DNA of 64,000 bases from Spirochaetaceae bacterium (lineage in GTDB: Bacteria; Myxococcota_A; UBA9160; UBA4427), in contig JACKFD010000009.1 of the NCBI GenBank assembly GCA_020632655.1, positions 6,945 to 70,944 on the forward strand, in the 5' to 3' direction. The position numbers and the translations under genes are program-made. Shown here one piece after another: positions 8,182-15,693 of the stretch (position 1 is the stretch's first letter; each line of letters starts with the position of its first letter). The notes under the pieces are model-generated. The model made no database searches. It was given only the letters and a program-made list of their open reading frames with translations, and was not told where the DNA came from.

Positions 8182-10140
8182 TCAGCGTCGGCGGAATCGC
8201 TGCTCGAGATCGGCGTGGTCCAACAGGATCGCGACGGGCCGACCGTGGGGACAGGTCGGCGCCCAGGGAATGGTGTCGAGGCCGCTCAGGATCGCGGCCT
8301 GCTCCGCCTCGGGCAGCCGATCTCCGAAGCGGCGCGCGGCGTGACAGGCCATCGTCGCGAAGAGCCGATCGAGACCCGGGAGCCAGCGCACGACCCCCTC
8401 GCTGGCGTCGTCGCCCCGCTCGACCTCGCCGAGCGCCGCCGCCAGCTCGCCGACGAGCTCCCCGACGTCGCGCCCCGTGAGCTCCGCGGGAATCGCCCGG
8501 ACGAGCACGGTGCCTTCGCCGAAGGCCTCGACCTCGAATCCCAGCCGCTCGACGAGGCTGGCGCCCTCCTCCAGCGCCGCGACCGCGTCGGCCGACAACG
8601 AGACGGCCTGCGGGACGAGCAGCCCCTGCCGCGCCACGCCCTGCTCGAGCCAGCGCTGCCGCAGCCCCTCGTAGAGGATGCGCTCGTGGGCGGCGTGCTG
8701 GTCGACGACGATCAGACCGCGGTCGCTCTCGGCGAGCAGGTAGCTCGCGCGGAGCTGACCGAGCAGACGCAGCGATCCGAAGGCCGGCACCGGCCGAGTC
8801 GTCTCGGACGGAGGTCCGAGCGCGCCCTCGTCGAAGGCCCGGCCCGAGGGCGACGCTTCCGCCCGTGCCTGCAGCTCGTGCCCGGCCGACTCGGCGACGC
8901 GATCGATCGCGGGACTGCGGCCGGCGAAGATCCAGTCGTCGGTTCCGGGCGCGGAGGTGGACGCGACGCGTCCGCTCGCTCCGTAGGTCGCCGCCCGCTG
9001 CGCCCCGGCCCGCATCCCGGGCGGTGCGGCCGCGCCATCGCCCACGTCGCTCGGGGGGGCCGCGCCGCGCACGCCCCCGAGCCAGGCCCGGCGGCTCATC
9101 GCCTCGCGCACGGCGCGCCGGATCGCGCGATGGATGGCCTGCGGATCCGCGAAGCGGACCTCCCACTTGGCGGGGTGGACGTTGACGTCGACCGAGTCCG
9201 GCGGGACCTCGAGCAGCAGCACGGCGACCGGGAAGCGCCCCCGCGGCAGCAGATCTCGATACGCCTCGGTCAACGCGTGCCGCAGCAGACGATCCCGCAC
9301 GGGCCGCCCGTTCACGTAGAGGTAGAGCCCCTGCCCGTTCGGTCGCGTGCGCTCGGGGCTCGACACGAAGGCGTGGATCCTCGCCTCGGGCGTGTCGTAC
9401 TCGATCTCGACGAGCGCAGCCGCATCGTCGTCGGGCAGGATCATCGCCACCCGCTCCGCGAGCGACCGACAGGTCGGCCAGACCGTCGCGTCGCGGTCGT
9501 CGCGCTGGAGCTCGACGTGGATGTCCGGACGGACCAGAGCGAGCCGCGCCAGCCAGTCGGCGATGTGCCCCCACTCGGTGCCGGCGCGCTTCAGGAACTT
9601 GCGTCGCGCGGGTACGGCGGCAAAGAGATCGGCCACCTCGATGCGCGTGCCCTCGGGCGCTCCGGCCGCGCGCTCGCTCACCACGCGACCCGCGTCGCAG
9701 CGGATCTCGTAGCCGGTGTCGTGACCTCGCGCGCGACTCACGATGCGGAAGCGCGAGACGGAGGCGATCGCGGGCAGCGCCTCGCCCCGGAATCCGAAGC
9801 TGGCGATCCGCATCAGATCTGCGGCCGAACGGAGCTTGCTCGTCGCGTGGCGCTGGAGCGCCATCGGCAGCTCCGCCGGCGTCATCCCCACGCCGTCGTC
9901 GGTCACTGCAATCAATGCCGCACCGCCGTCCCGCACCTCGACCCGGATCCGCCGCGCCTCCGCATCGAGGCTGTTCTCGACGAGCTCCTTCACGACCGAG
10001 GCCGGTCGTTCGACCACCTCCCCGGCCGCGATCTGGTCGACCAGCGCATCGGAGAGCAGTCGGATCCGCCCCTTCTCGGGGGGCGCGGTGGGGTCCGATT
10101 CGGTCGTCACGGGGCCTCGAGTCCGGGTCGGGATCGGCAC
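8182..10140 (-). CDS. mutL: DNA mismatch repair protein MutL
   Basis: 'IRLLSDALVDQIAAGEVVERPASVVKELVENSLDAEARRIRVEV.DGG...V.DDGVGM' is the GHKL ATPase N-domain. It is followed by the dimerisation C-domain ('LGQLRASYLLAESDRGLIVVDQHAAHERILYE'). Confidence 0.95.
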   Translation of the reverse strand: MPIPTRTRGPVTTESDPTAPPEKGRIRLLSDALVDQIAAGEVVERPASVVKELVENSLDAEARRIRVEVRDGGAALIAVTDDGVGMTPAELPMALQRHATSKLRSAADLMRIASFGFRGEALPAIASVSRFRIVSRARGHDTGYEIRCDAGRVVSERAAGAPEGTRIEVADLFAAVPARRKFLKRAGTEWGHIADWLARLALVRPDIHVELQRDDRDATVWPTCRSLAERVAMILPDDDAAALVEIEYDTPEARIHAFVSSPERTRPNGQGLYLYVNGRPVRDRLLRHALTEAYRDLLPRGRFPVAVLLLEVPPDSVDVNVHPAKWEVRFADPQAIHRAIRRAVREAMSRRAWLGGVRGAAPPSDVGDGAAAPPGMRAGAQRAATYGASGRVASTSAPGTDDWIFAGRSPAIDRVAESAGHELQARAEASPSGRAFDEGALGPPSETTRPVPAFGSLRLLGQLRASYLLAESDRGLIVVDQHAAHERILYEGLRQRWLEQGVARQGLLVPQAVSLSADAVAALEEGASLVERLGFEVEAFGEGTVLVRAIPAELTGRDVGELVGELAAALGEVERGDDASEGVVRWLPGLDRLFATMACHAARRFGDRLPEAEQAAILSGLDTIPWAPTCPHGRPVAILLDHADLEQRFRRR

Positions 10141-10343
10141 GATTTAGACCCGCGGGGATTGCGGCGTGGAATCGGGCCGATGGCGGGAATTCCTGACAGA
10201 TTGCGGTGATGGCGGGTTAACATGCGTCTGATTCGGCGTCAACTTGGGTGACGAGCGGAAAACAACCCGCAATAATCATTGACAAAGGTCCGGAATCCAA
10301 ATACTTCTGGATCCGTCACGATTCTACCTGGGGGCCTCGTGCC
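10141..10343. promoter_or_regulatory. Divergent, comparatively AT-rich intergenic region between mutL and the bEBP-like regulator
   Basis: It contains 'aataatcaTTGACAaaggtccggaatccaaatacttc', with TTGACA at 10279-10284. The putative -10 (TACTTC) is weak, so no promoter is assigned precisely. Confidence 0.3.
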
Positions 10344-11321
10344 ATGTCCGAACAGCATTCCGGTCTCGGCGCCACGCGCGTCGAGTCGACCACACTCGAA
10401 CGATCGGGCTCGGCGACACGCGACGCGGCGACGGGCGCGAGCGGGCGCGCGATCGGTCGACGGCGCAGCGATCGTATCATCTCGGCGAGCGCCGCGATGC
10501 AGCAGGTCGTGGATCAGGCGAGCGCGATCGCACGCTCGGACGAGGCCGTGTTGATCCGCGGACAGAGCGGAACCGGACGTCGACACGTCGCGCGCGCGAT
10601 CCACCAGTGGAGCACCCGGGCCGGTGGGGTCCTGGTGGAGGTGGCGCTCGCAGGGCTCGCTGAGGCCGCGCAGCTACGCGAGCTCTTCGGCGACGGCGCT
10701 GCGGCACCCGGGGCCGTCGCGCGTGCACGCAGCGGCTCCCTGCTCCTGCAGGATGCGGAGCAGCTCGCGACCGCCGTCGCGCACAAGCTCGGCGAGGCGC
10801 TGCGCGCGACCAACGGGTCCGTCCAACGTCCTCGGTTGCTCGCCACGGTCGGCGCCGGTGCAGACACGCCGCTCTCGGTGGTCGGCGGCACGCGAATCGA
10901 GATCTCCCCCCTCAGTGCCCGCAGCGAGGACGTCCTGCCGCTGGCGGCGCATTTCCTGGCGGAGATCGCCGCGGAGGAGTCGATCGAGCCGATCGGGTTC
11001 AGCCCCGATGCGCGTCGCTGGCTGGTCGAGGAGCGCTGGCCGGGCAACGTACGGGAGCTGCGTGAGCGAATCCGCCAGGCCATCCGACTCTCCGGGCAGG
11101 CCGCCGTCTCGGCCGAGGCGCTCATGCTGGCGACGGACGGCGATGACGTGCCGTCCTTCAAGGACGCGAAGCGTGCCTTCGAGACGCGCTACGTCGAGGG
11201 CCTGCTGCGCCGCTGTGGTGGCAACATCAGCCGGGCCGCTCGGATGGCCAAGAAGGACCGCAAGGACTTCTACGACGTGATCCGACGAACGGGCGTCGAT
11301 CCGGCCCAGTTCCGAGGCTGA
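10344..11321 (+). CDS. Sigma-54-interaction-domain (bEBP-like) transcriptional regulator with degenerate ATPase and GAFTGA motifs and a C-terminal Fis-type HTH
   Basis: Track ORF 10248..11321, with ATG 10344. Motifs: 'VLIRGQSGTGRRHVARAIH' (Walker A with Arg in place of Lys), 'ELFGDGAAAPGAVARA' (no GAFTGA), 'GSLLLQDAEQL' (Walker B D-A rather than D-E), 'WPGNVRELRERI', and the HTH 'GGNISRAARMAKKDRKDFYDVIRR'. There is no receiver or sensor domain. Confidence 0.75.
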   Translation: MSEQHSGLGATRVESTTLERSGSATRDAATGASGRAIGRRRSDRIISASAAMQQVVDQASAIARSDEAVLIRGQSGTGRRHVARAIHQWSTRAGGVLVEVALAGLAEAAQLRELFGDGAAAPGAVARARSGSLLLQDAEQLATAVAHKLGEALRATNGSVQRPRLLATVGAGADTPLSVVGGTRIEISPLSARSEDVLPLAAHFLAEIAAEESIEPIGFSPDARRWLVEERWPGNVRELRERIRQAIRLSGQAAVSAEALMLATDGDDVPSFKDAKRAFETRYVEGLLRRCGGNISRAARMAKKDRKDFYDVIRRTGVDPAQFRG

Positions 11322-11360
11322 GGACCGGCCGGCTGAGGCCGGACCGCTCTTCGGCTCGTC

Positions 11361-12206
11361 GTGCGGGAGGCCCCCCGAGCGGTGCGTGTCGCCATCGTCC
11401 AGGTCTGCTCCAGCGACGATCTGGATCGGAACCTCGCCCACGCCGAAGCGGGGATCCGGGAGGCCGCCGAGCGCGGGGCGCACTTCGTCGCACTGCCCGA
11501 GAACTTCGCCTACATGCGCCGCGAGGGGGGACGCTTCCCCTGCGTGCAGGGACCGGATGGCGAGATCGTGCGCGCCCTGCGCGGATGGGCGGCCCAGAAC
11601 GCGGTCTGGCTTCTGGGAGGCACCTTCCCCGAGGCGATCCCGGGTGCGGCCGCGGACGATGCACGGGTCCACAACACCAGCATCCTCGTCGCTCCCGACG
11701 GCCGCGAGGTCGCTCGCTACCGGAAGATCCATCTCTTCGACGTCCGCCTCGGTCCACGTCCCGAAGACGCCTATCGCGAGTCGACGTGGTTCGCGCCGGG
11801 CGACGCCGTCGTGGTCGCGCCGACGGACTTCGGTCCCGTTGGCCTCAGCATCTGCTACGACCTGCGCTTCCCCGAGCTCTATCGCGCGCTGGTCGATCGG
11901 GGCGCGCGCTGGCTCGTCGTTCCGAGCGCTTTCACGCCGGAGACGGGCAAGGATCATTGGGAGGTCCTGCTTCGCGCCAGGGCGATCGAGAGTCAGTGCT
12001 ACGTGATCGCGCCGGCGCAATGCGGTCGGCACGCGCCGGACCGTGCGAGCCACGGACGCTCGCTCGTGATCGATCCCTGGGGCCTCGTCCTCGCGCAGGC
12101 GGGCGACGAGCCGAAAGTCCTCGTCGCCGACTGCCCGACGGAGGCGGTCGACCGCGTGCGCGAACGTGTGCCCGCCCTCACCCATCGCCGCCTGCCGGCG
12201 TCGTGA
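11361..12206 (+). CDS. Carbon-nitrogen hydrolase family protein (nitrilase superfamily, omega-amidase/Nit-like)
   Basis: GTG start. Glu-Lys-Cys triad contexts are present: 'FVALPENFAY', 'YRKIHLFDV', 'GLSICYDLRFPELYR'. The end is 'PSAFT..TGKDHWEVLLRARAIESQCYVIAPAQCG'. Confidence 0.88.
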   Translation: MREAPRAVRVAIVQVCSSDDLDRNLAHAEAGIREAAERGAHFVALPENFAYMRREGGRFPCVQGPDGEIVRALRGWAAQNAVWLLGGTFPEAIPGAAADDARVHNTSILVAPDGREVARYRKIHLFDVRLGPRPEDAYRESTWFAPGDAVVVAPTDFGPVGLSICYDLRFPELYRALVDRGARWLVVPSAFTPETGKDHWEVLLRARAIESQCYVIAPAQCGRHAPDRASHGRSLVIDPWGLVLAQAGDEPKVLVADCPTEAVDRVRERVPALTHRRLPAS

Positions 12207-12340
12207 TCCAGCGCCGGCCCCCACGCCAGATGCACCCGGATGCTCAAGGCGCCTGGAGGGCCGACCGATACCGGCCCCGTGGCGCTTCGGTCCGGGCGGC
12301 GGAGGGATCCGTTCGGGCGGCGTCGAGGGAAAGATCATCG

Positions 12341-12667
12341 ATGAGCGATGCGGATGGCGCGCTGGGGACGGGTCGGCTCGAGATCCTGAACGGGGGCTTC
12401 GAGGGCATGACCTACGACCTCGTCGCCGAGGAGGTCGTGATCGGTCGCAATCCGACGACCGACATCACGCTGCTCGACGAAGGCATCAGCCGCGAACATG
12501 CGCTGATCCTCTTCGACGCCGACGCGCCGGGCTACGTCATCGAGGATCTCCAGTCGACCAACGGCACCAAGGTCAACGGCAAGCGCGTGCGTTCTGCCCC
12601 GCTATCCGAGGGTGACGAGATCCAGATCGGGCAGACGCTGTTCCGGTTCCTGCTCGTCAAGGACTGA
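12341..12667 (+). CDS. FHA domain-containing protein (108 aa)
   Basis: This is the tail of track ORF 11585..12667, with ATG 12341. 'VIGRNPTTDITLLDEGISREHALILFD...YVIEDLQSTNGTKVNGKRV....L.EGDEIQIGQTLFRF' is a canonical FHA core. Confidence 0.85.
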   Translation: MSDADGALGTGRLEILNGGFEGMTYDLVAEEVVIGRNPTTDITLLDEGISREHALILFDADAPGYVIEDLQSTNGTKVNGKRVRSAPLSEGDEIQIGQTLFRFLLVKD

Positions 12668-12791
12668 CGGGCACGCCGCCCTTCCCGGCTCCGTGCAGGC
12701 GTTCGCGCTTGCACTCCCCCGCATCGTCTCGATAGCCTCCCCTGAAGCCCTAAGGCCCCGAGCGGGCGGCCGCGGCTTCCGGGAGGGGACG

Positions 12792-13574
12792 GTGCGACGG
12801 GACAAGTACGATCGACGAGTGGGACACGATGCGCGGGCGCGGGCTTCGCGGAGTCCGTCGCGGAGACGCCCCCGCCCCACCCCGCTCGCGGCCCTTCTCT
12901 GGCTCGTGCTGCCTCTGATCCCGCTGGTCGCCTGCAGCCCGCGCCCGAGTCCGCCGCCCCCGGCGCCGGCCGTCGAGGGCTACGTCGTCGGTGCCCCCGA
13001 CGTCCTGGAGATCCACATCCTTCCGGAGCCCGAGATCGAACGCGAGGTGCGGGTGCGTCCCGACGGCATGATCTCCGTCGATCTCGTCGGGGACGTGCAG
13101 GCCGCGGGCCGGACGCCGACCGAGATCGCCCAGGCGATCCAGGCGGACATCTCGCGTTTCAAGCGCGACGCCTCGGTCAGCGTGACGGTCGTCGACTCCC
13201 CGAGCCAGTTCGTCACGGTCTACGGCGAGGTGCGGCGGCCCGGGACCTTTGCCCTCGAGACCGAGACCCGCGTCTCCGAGGCGATCGGTCTGGTGGGCGG
13301 GGCGATGCCCTTCGCCTCCTTGAACAAGGTCCGGGTGGTCCGCACCAGCGGACGCGACACGGAAGTGATCGCCATCCACCTGAAGGACATCGAGCGCGGC
13401 GATCTGAGCACCAACATCGTGGTCGAGGAAGGCGACCTGATCGTGGTGCCGCCGACCGTGCTCGCGAAGATCGGCTACGCCTTCCAGATGCTGCTCTTCC
13501 CGCTCCAGCCGCTGCTGAGCGGAGCGGGAGCAGTCGGCGGTGCGGCTGCCGGGGCGACCGCGATCAGCAACTGA
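12792..13574 (+). CDS. Polysaccharide export protein (Wza/Poly_export plus SLBB type; resembles the PEP-CTERM-locus exporter subfamily), lipoprotein
   Basis: Track ORF 12612..13574. In-frame GTG 12792 lies 5 nt after GGAGG (GTG 12819 is an alternative). The signal is 'LLWLVLPLIPLVAC'. 'GYVVGAPDVLEIHILPEPEIEREVRVRPDGMISVDLVGDVQAAGRTPTEIAQAI' is Poly_export-like, followed by 'VTVYGEVRRPGTFAL....VSEAIGLVGG' (SLBB). Confidence 0.8.
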   Translation: MRRDKYDRRVGHDARARASRSPSRRRPRPTPLAALLWLVLPLIPLVACSPRPSPPPPAPAVEGYVVGAPDVLEIHILPEPEIEREVRVRPDGMISVDLVGDVQAAGRTPTEIAQAIQADISRFKRDASVSVTVVDSPSQFVTVYGEVRRPGTFALETETRVSEAIGLVGGAMPFASLNKVRVVRTSGRDTEVIAIHLKDIERGDLSTNIVVEEGDLIVVPPTVLAKIGYAFQMLLFPLQPLLSGAGAVGGAAAGATAISN

Positions 13575-13908
13575 GTCGGCGTGCCGCCGAGGGGCGCGGT
13601 CCGAGCCGTCGTGCCACGGGTCGACGCGCCATCTCCCCGCAGGCCGCGGGCGAGGCCGATCGGCCCGGCGGGCCGGGCTTGTTCCCGGGGCGATCGTGCC
13701 GACGATCGCCGATTGCGCGTATCCGGAACGCGTGGCGCGAGCACTCATCTCGGGGCCCCGGGCGCCCGATCCAGTGGGGACGGCGAGCGTCGGGCGGGTC
13801 GTCTCATCGCAACCGGAGGCCGACCGGGAAGATTCAGAGCAGGCGTGCGGCGCGGATCCGAAGCCGAGCACCGAGCGACGACAGGGCGGAAGGGAAGAGG
13901 ACGCAAGG

Positions 13909-14757
13909 ATGTACGAGAGCTTCTTCGGGCTGCGTGAGCTGCCCTTCTCGCTCACGCCCGATCCGCGCTTCCTCTGGCTCTCGGAGACGCACGAGGAAGG
14001 ACTCGCGACGCTCGTCTATGGGATCACGCGCCACAAGGGCTTCCTGCTGCTGACCGGCGAGGTCGGCACGGGCAAGACGACGCTGCTGCGCGCCGCGCTC
14101 CGGGAGCTGCCCCGGGATACGGACACGGCGCTGATCATCAACACGATCGGCCTCACGCCCCTCGATCTGCTCAAGCTGATCGCCGCCGAGTTCGGCATCG
14201 AGGGCCGCTTCGAGTCGACCGCAGACTACCTGATCGCGATCAATCGCATGTTGCTCGAGCGACTGCGCTCCGGTCGCAATACGGTACTCATCATCGACGA
14301 GGCACAGAACCTGGACGCCGCGACCCTCGAAGAGGTGCGCCTCCTGTCGAACCTCGAGACCGATACGGCGAAGTTGATGCAGATCGTGCTCACGGGGCAG
14401 CCCGAGCTGATCCGCAAGCTCTCGCATCCGTCCCTGCGTCAGCTACGCCAGCGCATCGCGATCGAGCACCACATGGAGCCGCTCAGCGAGGATCAGGTCG
14501 TGCCCTACCTGGCGCATCGCATCGACGTCGCCGGAGGACGCTACGAGGAGATCTTCGAGCCTGGCGTGGAGCGTGTCTTCTACTGGTTCTCGCAGGGCTG
14601 TCCCCGACTCATCAGCCTTCTCGCCGACCGGGTACTGCTCGCCGCCTACGCCAAGCAGCTCGCGCCGATCGGTCCCGACTTCGTCGAGGTGAAGGCCAAG
14701 GCGATGAGCGCGACGCGGGCCGCCGGGCTCGCCTCGGACCTCGAGATCAAGCGCTAG
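13909..14757 (+). CDS. ExeA/GspA-like AAA ATPase (resembles the PEP-CTERM-locus 'secretion ATPase' subfamily)
   Basis: This is the tail of track ORF 13540..14757, with ATG 13909 after AAGAGGA. The N-terminus is 'MYESFFGLRELPFSLTPDPRFLW'. Other motifs: P-loop 'LTGEVGTGKTTL', 'IIDEAQNL', 'LVLTGQPEL'. Confidence 0.85.
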   Translation: MYESFFGLRELPFSLTPDPRFLWLSETHEEGLATLVYGITRHKGFLLLTGEVGTGKTTLLRAALRELPRDTDTALIINTIGLTPLDLLKLIAAEFGIEGRFESTADYLIAINRMLLERLRSGRNTVLIIDEAQNLDAATLEEVRLLSNLETDTAKLMQIVLTGQPELIRKLSHPSLRQLRQRIAIEHHMEPLSEDQVVPYLAHRIDVAGGRYEEIFEPGVERVFYWFSQGCPRLISLLADRVLLAAYAKQLAPIGPDFVEVKAKAMSATRAAGLASDLEIKR

Positions 14758-14807
14758 CGCGAGTGGTCGCGCACGACTCGGCCGAGGCCGCACGCGTCCG
14801 GATCGGA

Positions 14808-14833
14808 CGGCGGCGCACTCGAGCGCGCCGCCG
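14808..14833. terminator. GC-rich hairpin between convergent genes (possible bidirectional terminator, no U-tract)
   Basis: 'cGGCGGCGCactcgagcGCGCCGCCg' forms a 9-bp stem with an 8-nt loop. It lies between the stop of the ATPase gene (14757) and the stop of the DUF5989 gene (14864). Confidence 0.3.
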
Positions 14834-14863
14834 CCCGGTCTCGGATCGCGCGCGGCGATCCGC

Positions 14864-15064
14864 TCAGAAGAGCGTGTAGATGAATGGCGCCGCGGCCGTG
14901 CCACCGAGCAGGACCAGCAGGCCGAGCCCCAGGATCGCGATCACGATCGGGGCGAGCCACCACTTCTTGTTCTCCTTCAGGAAGTCGGTGAACTCGCTTG
15001 CGAGGCTCGAGCGTCCGCCGCTCGCCTGGGCCGCGAAATCGTCCTTCTGCTCGTCCTGGGCCAT
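14864..15064 (-). CDS. DUF5989-family small membrane protein (SxtK-sized partner of carbamoyltransferase/SxtJ loci)
   Basis: '...EFTDFLKENKKWWLAPIVIAILGLGLLVLLGGTAAAPFIYTLF'. The 'KKWWL.PI....L....L....G....PFIYTLF' ending matches what I recall for this family. Confidence 0.75.
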   Translation of the reverse strand: MAQDEQKDDFAAQASGGRSSLASEFTDFLKENKKWWLAPIVIAILGLGLLVLLGGTAAAPFIYTLF

Positions 15065-15171
15065 TCGATTGCTCCCTCCGTCCGGTCGCCTCGGACGGGT
15101 CGTGGGTGGTGCGTTCGGGCTCGTTGCTCACGGGGCGGCGCGCGCCGCCGGATTGCGGCGTGCGAATCGCG

Positions 15172-15618
15172 CTAGAACTGGCGGAAGTAGCTCTCCTTGC
15201 CCCGGCGCGGACGGGGGTCGGACCAGTAGGTCGTTGCCTGCGGCTCGAAGCGGCGCTGGAGCGGGTCCTTGCCGAGGAGTCGGAACAGCAGTCCCGTAGG
15301 CGTGATCAGGCCGTAGAAGAGGAAGCCCATGATCACGTACGAGAGGACGAACCCGATCGGGAAGGAGAGCAGCGTCAGGCCGAGGTAGATCGGCAGGTTC
15401 GCTCGCGGCGCCACCAGCGAGAAGAGCGCCGAGATCCCGGCGAGGGCCGCGAAGGTGCCCGCGACGATCGGCCGGGCGGCGCCGAGCCCGAAGGAGAAGA
15501 CGAGCAGCTCCCGCCAGGCGATGAAGGCGAGGAATCCGAAGCCGACCAGTGCGATCAGTCCGAATTGTCGCAGCGTCCGGTCGTCGGGTCGCCAGTTGAT
15601 CTCGATCATCTTGCTCAT
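15172..15618 (-). CDS. SxtJ-family membrane protein
   Basis: 'MSKMIEINWRPDDRTLRQFGLIALVGFGFLA...' is followed by further TM segments and 'FYGLITPTGLLFRLLGKDPL'. It sits between the carbamoyltransferase and the DUF5989 gene, which is the usual arrangement. Confidence 0.75.
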   Translation of the reverse strand: MSKMIEINWRPDDRTLRQFGLIALVGFGFLAFIAWRELLVFSFGLGAARPIVAGTFAALAGISALFSLVAPRANLPIYLGLTLLSFPIGFVLSYVIMGFLFYGLITPTGLLFRLLGKDPLQRRFEPQATTYWSDPRPRRGKESYFRQF

Positions 15619-15693
15619 TCGAGGATTCCTGCTCGGGCGGCTCGAGTCCGCCGGGTCGGGTCGTGTGGGTGCGGGAGGAGCCTGCGCGCGCGC

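Noticed and set aside
7945-10209. 754-aa plus-strand ORF, and the 482-aa ORF 8126..9574 on the minus strand
   Set aside because: They overlap mutL, which has canonical GHKL motifs, on the opposite strand or in a different frame. Their composition is Arg/Gly/Pro-dominated. Shadow ORFs.
13575-13908. 334-bp gap between the exporter and the ATPase genes; track ORFs 13581..13937 (+) and 13475..13744 (-)
   Set aside because: Both ORFs translate to Arg/Pro/Gly-rich strings with no start context. The ATPase N-terminus 'MYESFFGL' is the family-typical start, so no extension or extra gene was called.
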